Source of the DNA: Octopus bimaculoides
Lineage: Eukaryota
Length of the DNA: 64,000 nt
Reading direction: 5' to 3'
Assembly (NCBI RefSeq): GCF_001194135.2
Contig: NC_068988.1
Span: 20,665,475-20,729,474, forward strand
The notes under the pieces were generated by a model. The model worked only from the letters and a program-made list of their open reading frames with translations. It searched no databases and was not told the DNA's origin. Below, in pieces: positions 10,842-22,737 of the stretch. Within the stretch, counting starts at the first letter, position 1; each line of letters starts with the position of its first letter. The position numbers and the translations under genes were made by a program.

Positions 10842-12511
10842 GGTTGTGAATTGACAGACACAGCAAAGAACTGAACAAAACGCTTTGCAGTATTTAGTTA
10901 TGTCCCTTTACATGTGTTCACATCACACCCAGTCTTTTGCCGTTAATCTACCCGGAGTCAGTAAATAAGTACAAGTAGAGAGACAACTAATTTGATTATA
11001 TCTCTCTGCAAGTTGATAGAATAAGTACCAGTTAAATACTGGGGACAGAAGTGGAGGCTGATATTATCAAATACATATATTTCTCTCTCGCAATATTCAT
11101 GGCTTTGTGCAGTTGCTAGAAATCATTATCATTACCATCATTATTATTATTAATTACTACCATTATTGTTATTATCGTCTCTTATTAATTACTTAATTAC
11201 TATCATTAAAATTAATTAAAGCAATAGTAGAGTGAGAGATGATATCAGAAGCAGAAATGCAGTACAGTTTTATCAGAATTTCGAAAATGGTAACAAAAGC
11301 AAAATAAAAAAACTAATCCAAAAACAGAAACAAAAAAAAAAAGAACAGACTACCCTCATCTCCAACATTATGTCAAGGAGACCTGGAAGCAGAAGATAGA
11401 TTCTAAAAGATGCTGGGAACGGGAAAGAAACTGTCTATATAGTCTAGCACAATTAACTGACTTGACATGTCTGAGTTGTGTGGTACACAATGCTATGCTA
11501 CCTGCAAGATGAATGGTTTTCTACAATAGCTCCATTGAAAAATGCAATTCTCTTAAATCACACGTGTGTGTGAGTGTTTGTGTGTGAAACAGAGTAGATC
11601 AGAGAGGAAATAAAACATTTAATCATCCGTTAGCATGGAAACTGATGTTACACATATTTGAATAAATTGAACTGAACGCATTGATGAGAAAAAAAAAAAG
11701 AGAAATACTACAGCAAGCATTGAGATGTCGGTTAATCATTGTATTCAGTGGAGTTACTATCAACGGTTATTAAAGATGTAGCAGAAAGGTACTGTGGTGA
11801 GAAAGTACATATTAAACTGACTATATTTAGCAGTTATTACTTGGGGGAGGAGGGGGGAATGTCACAAGCTACAATGGTGAGAGTATACAGGCAAAACCAG
11901 CCCCGTTTAGCAGTTCCCTGGCATACAAATATAACCAAGGATTATTAGAGATGCAATGAAAATAAGGGGCAGACAGAATACAGTAGGATGGCAGAAGTTA
12001 CAAAGCAAGAAAGAAATAAGAGGCTATACCTATATCAAACCTCACATCATTATTATTATTGTTATTATTATTATTATTTCATATATGCACAACAGATTAA
12101 ACTGTTGTAAAAGAAAAATTCCTAATATTAGGCTACAACAAGTAATGTCAGATGCCAAAAAACTTCCAAAGAATCCTAGCTTTCCCTAATAACACTGTTT
12201 TTTGAAGCTGCACTAAACTAAGTTTTATGCTTATTTCCTCTATCCATCTGTTCAAATCTTTAGGGATAGTTCCTAATGCACCTATAACTACAGGGACATT
12301 GGTGTTGCCTTGGCAGAGGTTTGCGCTCTCTGACTGCTCTTGTTATTATTATAATTAAGAACCGTTAGCATGCCAGACAAAATGCTTAGAGGCATTTCTT
12401 CCGGCTTCATATTCTAAGTTCAAATTTCACCAAGGTGAATGAAATAAGTCCCAGTTGAGCATTGGAGTTGATATAATCAACTAGCTCCCTCCCCACTGAA
12501 ATTTCAGATGT

Positions 12512-12781
12512 AGTGCCCCTGGCTCCTGTGCAGGTGGCAAGTAAAATACACCATTTTGAGCGTGGCCGTTGCCGGCGACTGGCCTTCGTGCTGGTGGCAT
12601 GTAAAAGCACCCACTACACTCTTGGAGTGGTTGGTGTTAGGAAGGGAATCCAGCTGTAGAAACTCTGCCAAATCAGATTGGAGCCTGGTGTAGCCATCTG
12701 GTTTCACCAGCCCTCAGTCAAATCGTCCAACCTATGTTAGCATGGAAAGCGGACGTTAAACGACAATGATGATGATGATGA
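12512..12781 (+). mobile_element. Retroposon family C, (GAT)n tail
   Basis: GTGGCA.GTAAAA modules, GTTGGTGTTAGGAAGGG.ATCCAGCTGTAGAAA, CATGGAAAGCGGACGTTAAAC, (GAT)n. Confidence 0.8.
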
Positions 12782-12887
12782 GGGCTTGTAGTAGAAAAGA
12801 TCATTAAAGTCTGAACCAGATTAATAACATTAACCTCGAAACACAGCATCACTATTGCATCAACAATACCAATAACAACAAACCAAC

Positions 12888-13073
12888 AAAGGAGCCTCTA
12901 TGCTAGAAATAGCAAATAAATATCCCTCAAATCACACTCTAAAAAAGGATGCATTGGATAATGTAATCCTAGATACAGTATGCCTGAAAAAAAAAAAAAA
13001 AAAAGATAAGATTGTATTGATGGAATAACTTTGATCAAAGATCTACCTGATCAGGGCTGACTTAGATCTAAAC
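12888..13073 (+). repeat. Interspersed family H (further diverged copies at about 7215-7410, 19670-19820, 33165-33290, 35590-35740, 41505-41700 and 56100-56345 on minus; 61440-61560 on plus)
   Basis: Recurrent motifs GCTAGAAATAGC..CCAAAT...CCCTCAAATCACAC, GGATAATGTA.TCCTAG and GATCAGGGCTGAC, with an (AAC)n-type end. Boundaries are approximate. Confidence 0.55.
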
Positions 13074-13304
13074 CAGTGGTTCTCAACCATTTTTTGCTTA
13101 TAGACCCCTTTGCTTCCTATCTTAAACTCAGATGGACACCCATAGCCATTCAATATTTTGGTAATTAAATATTATTAGGAATTGTGCAAAATAAAATATT
13201 TTATGTATCGTAGAAGTCTAACAAATTTATTACACATAAATTCTAACAACAAAATCTTATATGGACACCCAGAGGGCCATATGGACCCTGGTTGAGGACC
13301 ACTG
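13074..13304. mobile_element. hAT-type MITE
   Basis: TIRs CAGTGGTTCTCAACC and GGTTGAGGACCACTG. An 8-bp TSD ATCTAAAC (13066-13073) / ATCAAAAC (13305-13312) matches at 7 of 8 positions. Confidence 0.8.
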
Positions 13305-13353
13305 ATCAAAACAATGACATCAACAAAGAATAATATGAAGACTGCTTAGTTAC

Positions 13354-13438
13354 CTAATAATTGGACTAAATTTGGATGCTTCATTTCTTTCATGATGGCA
13401 GCTTCTTCAAGAAAGTCTTTTAAAGCCATGGTATCTTC
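13354..13438 (-). CDS. Abl: Abl kinase exon: alphaC helix (85 nt, phase 0 to 1); not in the supplied ORF track
   Basis: Translates [29 protein letters not shown]. Acceptor TTTTGTGTTGTAG, donor GTAACT. Confidence 0.97.
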
Positions 13439-14046
13439 CTACAACACAAAACAAACATGAAACAGAATATTAAAATCAAATTCTCACAAATCTTGTTTCA
13501 TAATAAATTTCTCGGGCAAAAACACTGAAAATTTCAAAGACTGTTTGCATTACAAGTCCACTTTTGAATTATTTTTTTTTAAAGTTACATATAATGTGGG
13601 GTAGCCATGTATCTGCTCTATAGTATAACATCTGTGTTTGTCCCTCTGGACTCTCAATGCCTGACATAAAGCCATCACCACTGTTAAATATTAGGCCTTC
13701 CCCTTAAACAAGGGAGCTTTTACCTGTTCATTTTCCGTCTTGCAAGTTACTTGGTAACCTCACTGGTGTCCGAGGCATGAAAAAAAGCACCCTGTACATA
13801 CTATAAAGGAGTTGGAGTTAGGAAGGGCATCCAGCCATAGAAATTATCTCAAAGCTGACATTGGAGTTTGACACAGCACTGCAGCTTGCATGATCCTGTC
13901 ACACCACCCCACCAATGCCAGCATGAAAAATGGATGCTAAATGATGATGATGATCACGGGAGCTGTACTTGTTTAGCAAATGATTTAATTTGAGGTCATG
14001 TGACGAAGCTAAAACAACTACATTTTGAAAGAGTCATCACAGTTAT

Positions 14047-14260
14047 ACTCTTACTCTTTTACTTGTTTCAGTCATTTGACTGTGGCCATGCTGGAGCACC
14101 GCCTTTAGTCGAGCAAATCGACCCCAGGACTTATTCCTTGTAAGCCTAGTACTTATTCTATCGGTCTCTTTTGCCGAACCGCTAAGTTACGGGGACGTAA
14201 GCACACCAGCATCGGTTGTCAAGCAACGTTGGGGGGACAAACACAGACACACAAACATAT

Positions 14261-14314
<54 letters not shown>

Positions 14315-14476
14315 GACGGGCTTCTTTCAGTTTCCGTCTACCAAATCCACTCACAAGGCTTTGGTTGGCTCAAGGCTATAGTAAAAGACACTTGCCCAAG
14401 ATGCCACACAGTGGGACTGAACCCGGAACTATGTGGTTTGTAAGCAAGCTACTTACCACACAGCCACTCCTACGCC
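14047..14476 (-). mobile_element. SINE family A, full length
   Basis: GGCGTAGGAGTGGCTGTGTGGTAAG head through (TA)n to ACTGAAACAAGTAAAAGAG tail. Confidence 0.85.
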
Positions 14477-14817
14477 TATGCAAAGGACACATATATCACT
14501 ATGTAACTAGTTACCTGATTGGTAATTGCCACCTAAACCAGCAACCTCATCAGGCTAGCCTGATGAGGAGTGTTACCAGAATCCCAGTAGAACAGAAACA
14601 CGATTGTGTTAAAAGAATAAGTGAAGTTAGCACTGGGTCAACAAATATCAAATAATAGTACAGCAACATAAATACTCAAGAACAAGTACACAATAAGGTA
14701 AGACCAGTCTAGGAGTGATGGACTCCTCGTTCTTCTCACTCAAACTCACTGTGCATCTGCTTGGAAAATTTGTGGCTATTAGTGGCCCCTGACAAATTGG
14801 TATGGAGCCAACAGCCA

Positions 14818-15085
14818 CATCATCATGATCGTTTAACATCCGCTTTTCATGCTGGCATGGGTTGGACGATTTGACTGAGGACTGGCAAACCAGAAGGCTG
14901 CACCAGGCTCCCATCTGATCTGGCAGAGTTTCTACAGCTGGATGCCCTTCCTAACGCCAACCACTCCGAGAGTGTAGTGGGTGCTTTTATGTGCCACCGG
15001 CATGAAGGTCAGTCAGGCGGTACTGGCAACGGCCATGCTCAAAAAGGTGTTTTTTACGTGCCACCTGCACGGGAGCCAGTCCAGC
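14818..15085 (-). mobile_element. Retroposon family C
   Basis: Reverse-complement match to 12512-12781. Confidence 0.8.
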
Positions 15086-16324
15086 GTGATTGATTCTTCC
15101 ATTTTAAAAATATCTCGGTAGTTAGAATATGTAATTTGACAAGATCAGGATCTCTAACATCAAAACCACTAGAAAAATTAATGCTGTTTAACATAGATCA
15201 AAATAGATCTACCATCTGAAGAGGCTGGCTAAACTTGAAAATTGCAAGCCAAAACAGATATAGTATTATAATCTATGGCTTAATTAAACTTTTTGGTTCT
15301 ACATCAGTAGTCTGCTATAACTGACTATTTCACATCATTATATTAATTTTTAAAATTTTCAGATTTTCAAAACGGAAATATCAAAATGAATTTCAACGAA
15401 TTTTGAAATTTGTATTTTTTTTTTTTTTAATTTGCTCTATTTTNNNNNNNNNNNNNNNNNNNNNNNNNNNNNNNNNNNNNNNNNNNNNNNNNNNNNNNNN
15501 NNNNNNNNNNNNNNNNNNNNNNNNNNNNNNNNNNNNNNNNNNNNNNNNNNNNNNNNNNNNNNNNNNNNNNNNNNNNNNNNNNNNNNNNNNNNNNNNNNNN
15601 NNNNNNNNNNNNNNNNNNNNNNNNNNNNNNNNNNNNNNNNNNNNNNNNNNNNNNNNNNNNNNNNNNNNNNNNNNNNNNNNNNNNNNNNNNNNNNNNNNNN
15701 NNNNNNNNNNNNNNNNNNNNNNNNNNNNNNNNNNNNNNNNNNNNNNNNNNNNNNNNNNNNNNNNNNNNNNNNNNNNNNNNNNNNNNNNNNNNNNNNNNNN
15801 NNNNNNNNNNNNNNNNNNNNNNNNNNNNNNNNNNNNNNNNNNNNNNNNNNNNNNNNNNNNNNNNNNNNNNNNNNNNNNNNNNNNNNNNNNNNNNNNNNNN
15901 NNNNNNNNNNNNNNNNNNNNNNNNNNNNNNNNNNNNNNNNNNNNNNNNNNNNNNNNNNNNNNNNNNNNNNNNNNNNNNNNNNNNNNNNNNNNNNNNNNNN
16001 NNNNNNNNNNNNNNNNNNNNNNNNNNNNNNNNNNNNNNNNNNNNNNNNNNNNNNNNNNNNNNNNNNNNNNNNNNNNNNNNNNNNNNNNNNNNNNNNNNNN
16101 NNNNNNNNNNNNNNNNNNNCATATCCAAAATAAATTGAGTAAAACAATAATTAACTTTAAAATAATATAATTACGTGATTAAAGTGGCTGATTTAAAATG
16201 CCTCCTCCCTCCCTAAAAACTTCTTTTAATAGTTATCAAGGTCATTATTAAGCTAAGTTTGTAAACCCAATTCAAGAAGCACAATGGCCCTTCTTCTTCT
16301 CTTTCTCTCTCTCTCTCTCTCTGG

Positions 16325-16365
<41 letters not shown>

Positions 16366-17020
16366 CACGTTTATATATGTGTGTATGTACCACTAGTTTC
16401 AATAATATTAATGAGGCAAGAGACAAATCTCACAATGAATGCAAGATGTAAGCAGATTGTCCCACTTAATTCTGGTCAGACAGTGCAATGGCAGAAGTGT
16501 AACAGATTGATCTCTGGGTGTTTGCCAATAAAATAAAACATGTTTGATATGAGTAAAGAGTTTTCAGGACACATACATTAGCAAGGATTAACCCTTTTGT
16601 CACCAACCTACTTGAATTTTCCCTCCAATTTCTCCATTATTTTTCTAAACTAATTGAAACACAGAGGTCATGAGAAAATTAATCTAAATGGAGATTTGGA
16701 GATTTGGCTGTGATATAGGCCACATAATGAATGCTTTTTGCAGCAATATCTAAGTTGTTTTCTGTTGTCTTGGGTTCAAGTCCCTCCAGGGTCGATGTGG
16801 ATTGACTGTTCTCCTCTTTCAAAATATTGTGCTAGTATGAAAATCACTGTGATTATATATGTTTCCATTGAATAAAAGGTGTGATTGTCATAACTGGAAC
16901 ACCTTTCTTCATAGATATTGCTCAGTCAGGGCTGAGCTGGAAGTTAAACAATGACACTAACAACAGATACACATATCCACACACAATGTTTGATAACAAG
17001 TGAAATAAAAACTATACATA

Positions 17021-17183
17021 GGCGTAGGAGTGGTTGTGTGGTAAGTAGCTTGCTTACCAACCACATGGCTCCGGGTTCAGTCCCACTGCATGGCACCTTG
17101 GGCAAGTGTCTTCTACTATAGGCTCGGGCCGACCAAAGCCTTGTGAGTGGATTTGGTAGACGGAAACTGAAGGAAGCCCGTCG

Positions 17184-17216
<33 letters not shown>

Positions 17217-17443
17217 ATNNNNNNNNNNGTGCGTGTGTGTATATGTTTGTCCCCCCAACATCGCTTGACAACCGATGCTGGTGTGTTTACGTCCCCGTAA
17301 CTTAGCGGCTCGGCAAAAGAGACCGATAGAATAAGTACTAGGCTTACAAAGAATAAGTCCTGGGGGTTGATTTGTTCGACTAAAGGTGGTGCTCCAGCAT
17401 GGCCACAGTCAAATAACTGAAACAAGTAAATGAGTAAATGAGT
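17021..17443 (+). mobile_element. SINE family A, full length
   Basis: Same head, microsatellite and tail organisation; ends about 85 bp from the P-loop exon donor. Confidence 0.85.
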
Positions 17444-17528
17444 GAAAGATGTCCCAGAGTAATCAGTCCAGAATGGATTGGAGAAAATAGTTAAGACTAC
17501 AGAATTTATACATAAATAATGTACTTAC

Positions 17529-17605
17529 CTTGAGAGTTTTCACAGCTACTGTTTTATTGTATGTCTTCCATACAGCTTCATAAACGTCTCCATATTGTCC
17601 TCCAC
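17529..17605 (-). CDS. Abl: Abl kinase exon: P-loop and beta3 lysine (77 nt, phase 1 to 0); not in the supplied ORF track
   Basis: Reads (G)GT-GGA-GGA-CAA-TAT-GGA-GAC... = [26 protein letters not shown]. Acceptor CCTTTTCTCTTGTTTTCATCAAG, donor GTAAGT. Phase matches both neighbouring exons. Confidence 0.96.
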
Positions 17606-17711
17606 CTTGATGAAAACAAGAGAAAAGGCTCCAATTATAACTGCTTCCCTCTTCTTACACAATGCCCCCATTTTGGATATATGTCTCCCCGCCACTTTTT
17701 TTTATATATAT

Positions 17712-17940
17712 TTAACCCTTTAACGTTTAAACTGACCGTATCTGACCAAAATATTTGACCAGCTTTATGTTCAAACTGGCCAGATCTGGTCTTTCACACC
17801 TATCCTACAGTGTCATTCTAAAAATAAACAATCACATCATCGAAATCTTGAAGCTACAAGATAATTTATGATTAATTCAAAAGCAATGTGAATAAATGAG
17901 CTTCAGATTTGACAAAGTAATCCGAATACTAAAGGGTAAA
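17712..17940. mobile_element. piggyBac-like MITE, about 230 bp
   Basis: TTAA|CCCTTTA...TAAAGGG|TAAA termini. The interior is homologous to 4882-5109 and 51931-52150 (CAGATC.GG.CT.TCACACCTA...). Confidence 0.65.
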
Positions 17941-18364
17941 GATGGTCAGAGGAAGCGGAATGGATGGCATCTGTGACTTCTTAGAACTCTCAAGCCTGCA
18001 GTAAATATCCACCTTCATATTTGTAGGTCAGTGTTTGTGGGAGGGAGATGTAAGCAGAGATGAAAATCCTGACGGTTAAATTCATGAGATGGCAGAACTA
18101 AATAAAATGTTTAGTATGGTAGAGGTCTAGAAAGTGAGATACATTGAGTGATCATCAGAGATTGGGTGGCCAAGAATTTGTAACAAATGTACATTGCAAC
18201 AACTACATTGTATACTTGTGGATAGCACATGTAGTAAATCCCCTCCACCACAAATCCAGTAACTCCCTCACATCACTTACATTTTGAAGTCATCTCTTTC
18301 AGTTTCCCACCACTAAACCCCTTAGTTGTACCATAAATCATTCATACATTCTATAGCTGTCTTC

Positions 18365-19170
18365 TCTTCCACAACTACAACTAGTAGTTGTCTTCCACAA
18401 TTACATTTCCTAGCTGTCTTCTACAACTACATTTCCTAGCTGTCTTCCACAATTACATTTCCTAGCTGTCTTCCACAACTACATTTGCTAGCTGTCTTCC
18501 ACGATTATATTTCCTAGCTTTTTTCCACAATTACATTTTCTAGCTGTCTTCCACAATTACATTTTCTAGCTTTTTTTCCATGACTACATTTTCTAGCTGT
18601 CTTCCACAATTACATTTGCTAGCTGTCTTCCACAACTACATTTCCTAGCTTTTTTCCATGACTACATTTCCTAGCTGTCTTCCACAACTACATTTCCTAG
18701 CTGTCTTCCACAACTACATTTTGTAGCTATCTTCCACAACTACATTTCCTAACTGTCTTCCACAATTACATTTTCTAGCTGTTTTCCACAACTACCTTTT
18801 CTAGCTGCTACATTCCACAACTATATTCCATAGCTGTCTCCTACCAGCACCTATACCCTACAACTGCCCTCCACAACTACACTCTGCAACTGTCTCCTGA
18901 TAGTACATTCAGTAGCTATTTCTCATCACTACATTCTATTACTATCCTCCACAACCACATTGTCAGTGCCTCCCCACAACTATATTCTGTCGGTGCCTCC
19001 ACACAGCCACATCCCATAGCTGTCTTCTACCACTACTCTCTGTGGCTATCCCCGCCAACCACTACACTTTGTAGCTATCTTCCAGGCAATCTTCTTTAGC
19101 TGTCTTTCACAACTATATTCTATAGCTGTCTTTCATCACTACATCCTGTATGTGTCTTCTACAATTACAT
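18365..19170. repeat. 26-bp minisatellite array
   Basis: Unit TCTTCCACAACTACATTTCCTAGCTG with starts at 18391, 18417 and 18443 (26-bp period). Near-homogeneous to about 18830, then increasingly degenerate. Confidence 0.9.
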
Positions 19171-19664
19171 TCTGAAGGTGATCCCTCACTACTGTATTTC
19201 TTAGATCTCCTTATCTTGATCTCTATTACCATCACTACCACCACCACTACAGCCAACATCACTATCACAACATATACTATAAATTCTTTTATCACCACCA
19301 ACACCGCCGCCACCACGTCCAGTACTACAGCATCAAACACACAGAGACACTGCATCCATCCACACAGCGCCACAGAGAGGCAAGAATGTGAAGATCAAAG
19401 GAACAACAACAACAACATCAATGCTTTGATAACTTTCAATCAGAGAAATAGTTTAATAATAATCAGATTACATTATGGAAATGAAGTTACAAGTTGCTAT
19501 GACAACTGCTGGCTTTCACCAATGTGGAAAAAGAGTGGGGAAGACATTTTTAGAGAACAATATCAATGCAAACAATTCCAAATCCACAATTCCTCAACAA
19601 AGCTGACATGATTTTCACGTTATTTGACACGACATTCAAAAATTTAAAAAATTCTTTTTTTATT

Positions 19665-19699
<35 letters not shown>

Positions 19700-20831
19700 C
19701 CCAAGCTGACCATAACCTGACAAATGCGTTCTTTGTTTTTAAGATAGTAGGGTGAGATTTGAGAAAATTCAGCTCCCATTTCTTGCCGGCCAAGCAACCA
19801 CGTAGAGCTTCAGAGGTTGTAGTTTGATAAGATTTAATTTATATGGTCAGTGGAAATGGTGTTTGCCCATGACATTTTCAAACCAGACCTAATATTAGGG
19901 ATCAATCTGATTTGATCATAGGCCCGCTTAATTATAGGCAATTTGGGGCCAAACAACAAACAGTGAAAAGATGTATTAGTCCTCATCCACTTAGCTTAAA
20001 AGAAATTCTTGCCAACAAAGAAGCCTCTTGCAGTCACTCAACTTGCTAGTAATAGCAACCAAAATACCCACATATTGCACCCTTGTCTTAAACAAACGGG
20101 AAGATCATGTGTAACCCTAGATATGGTATGCATGAAAGAAAAAAAAAGGGTGATTACAGATGGAATGTTTCTGACCCTGGTCCATATGATCAATGAGAAC
20201 TTAGTCTTAAAAAAAAACAACCTAAGAAAAACTGAAAGTCAGCACTGGTCTCTATATGGTGCTGTTAGAATGATCTAGATTTTAGAATAATAATGATGCA
20301 CTTCCCCAGTTTGGATTGGGTAGGTCAGCTGCTGCCGCAGTATTTGACCTTCTAAATGGCTGAGTCACCCTTCAAGTTTGGCACAGACCCAAATTTTATG
20401 GATTTCATAGAAAAATGGTGATTGTGGTATATAAGTACAAGTAATTGCAAATGAAATACCAGTGATGAAAGAGAAAGAGGGGAAAGGAAAGAGGAAGAGG
20501 TGGGAGAGGGAGAGAGAGGGAGAGAGGTAGAGAGAGAGAGAGTGAGAGAGGGAGTGTGTGTGTGTGTGCTATTGTAAGGATTTGTGTGTATTTCTTTTTC
20601 ATAGCTTAGTCAAACGTGGAATGGAAACACATGTAACCTTTTTCCAGAGTCTGATGGAGAAAAGGAGTGAAAGAAACAATGATTTGATTCATAAGTTGCT
20701 GCAGTATGGGAAACCTGCTTCAACTGCATGCAAACAGAGTGGTCTCCCTCCCCTGAAGGCATCCAAGAGCTGATGGTAGTGTTATATCAGATGACAGATT
20801 AAGTCTGCCACTCAAAAACAAATATGATCCA

Positions 20832-20998
20832 CAGGAGTGGCTGTGTGGTAAGTAGCTTGCTTACGAATCACATGGTTCAAGGTTCAGTCCCACTGCGTGG
20901 CACCTTGGGCAAGTGTCTTCTCCTATACCCTCAGGCCAACCAAAGCCTTCTAAGTGGATTTGGTAGACGGAAACTGAAAGAAGCCCGTCGTATATATG

Positions 20999-21029
<31 letters not shown>

Positions 21030-21238
21030 TTGTGTGTCTGTGTTTGTCCCCCCAATATCGCTTGACAACCGATGCTGGTGTGTTTACGTCCCCGTAACCT
21101 AGTGGTTCAGCAAAATAGACTGATAGAATAAGTACTAGGCTTCCAAAGAATAAGTCCTGGGGTCGATTTGCTCAACTAAAGGTGGTGCTCCAGCATGGCC
21201 GCAGTCAAATGACTGAAACAAGTAATAGAGTAAAAGAG
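20832..21238 (+). mobile_element. SINE family A (partly re-assembled a second time at 21388-21688)
   Basis: Family A consensus. 20938-21278 is repeated identically at 21388-21728 across an N gap. Confidence 0.85.
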
Positions 21239-21448
21239 AAGAGGTTTCACAAAGTTTCCGTCAACTCAGTTTAACTCANNNNNNNNNNNNNNNNNNNNNN
21301 NNNNNNNNNNNNNNNNNNNNNNNNNNNNNNNNNNNNNNNNNNNNNNNNNNNNNNNNNNNNNNNNNNNNNNNNNNNNNNNNNNNNNNNAACCAAAGCCTTC
21401 TAAGTGGATTTGGTAGACGGAAACTGAAAGAAGCCCGTCGTATATATG

Positions 21449-21479
<31 letters not shown>

Positions 21480-22737
21480 TTGTGTGTCTGTGTTTGTCCC
21501 CCCAATATCGCTTGACAACCGATGCTGGTGTGTTTACGTCCCCGTAACCTAGTGGTTCAGCAAAATAGACTGATAGAATAAGTACTAGGCTTCCAAAGAA
21601 TAAGTCCTGGGGTCGATTTGCTCAACTAAAGGTGGTGCTCCAGCATGGCCGCAGTCAAATGACTGAAACAAGTAATAGAGTAAAAGAGAAGAGGTTTCAC
21701 AAAGTTTCCGTCAACTCAGTTTAACTCACCAGGCTCAGATTCATCTGAACTTGTGGTAGAAATTACTCATCGAAAGTGCTACAGAGTTGCATCAAACTGA
21801 GAATCATAGGATTGCAAAATAAATCTTCTTATTCATCATACGGCCATGTTGAGTGTGTATATGGTGAGAGAGAGGAGGGGAGTATTTGAGTAGACTATTA
21901 TAGGACTATGGTCAGGTAGTTTTCTGATACAGTTGGTACATCAAATGTTCAAGTCCTGTAACAAATCTTATACTGTGCTCCTTAGATAAGACACACATCT
22001 AGCTCCAAATACTTTGGCCAAGAAGTTAGGGTGATACCTGTATGGAAAACATGCTATGTCACCCTTCATAGTTGGAGAATAAGAAATAGATGTAGCAGTG
22101 GTAGAGATTGTGTACCTAAACGATTTATGTCCGCCACAGTATTGGCAGTAGTAGTGGTGATGATAGTGGCTATATACATATATTGGTTTTAGATGCTGCA
22201 CGGCCGTGGTTAATTGGCTAAGTTTATGACATAACTGTGATCATCGATGACAATCAATGGCCTGTGTAATTTGTTCAATTAATCCTTTTACTGCAGAAAT
22301 CAGATGCATCCACTCAAAATTTCGTTACCCTTAATTGCAGAAAGTGGTTTATATACCAATCCATCTTTTGTTCAGACATGTCATGTTTGAAACTATTTTT
22401 TTGTTGAGATCAAGTTTAGCGAGGCAACATAACTTACAGAAAATAAAACTTCTATTTTTTGGTAGATATTTAATATCATTGCAGGAACCATCATCATCGT
22501 TTAACGTCCGTTTTCCATGCTGGCATGGGTTGGACAACTATGCTGGCATCCATGAAATTTAATTTCACAGTCAATGAGTTAAAGACAATCTTTGTAGCTG
22601 CACCCAGTAGGTTCTTCTTGAAGGTGCAGGTCTGCGTGAAGGGGCTTTTGAGGAGGGTGGATGTAATTGCCAGTAGCTCTTGCTCGGAAGCCTCTCTTTC
22701 TACATCAATGTAAAAGGCAAGAATGGTACAACTTGGT

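Noticed and set aside
20938-21728. 341-bp direct duplication (20938-21278 and 21388-21728)
   Set aside because: The copies are identical, abut opposite sides of an N gap and start mid-SINE, which is typical of an unmerged contig overlap rather than a biological duplication.
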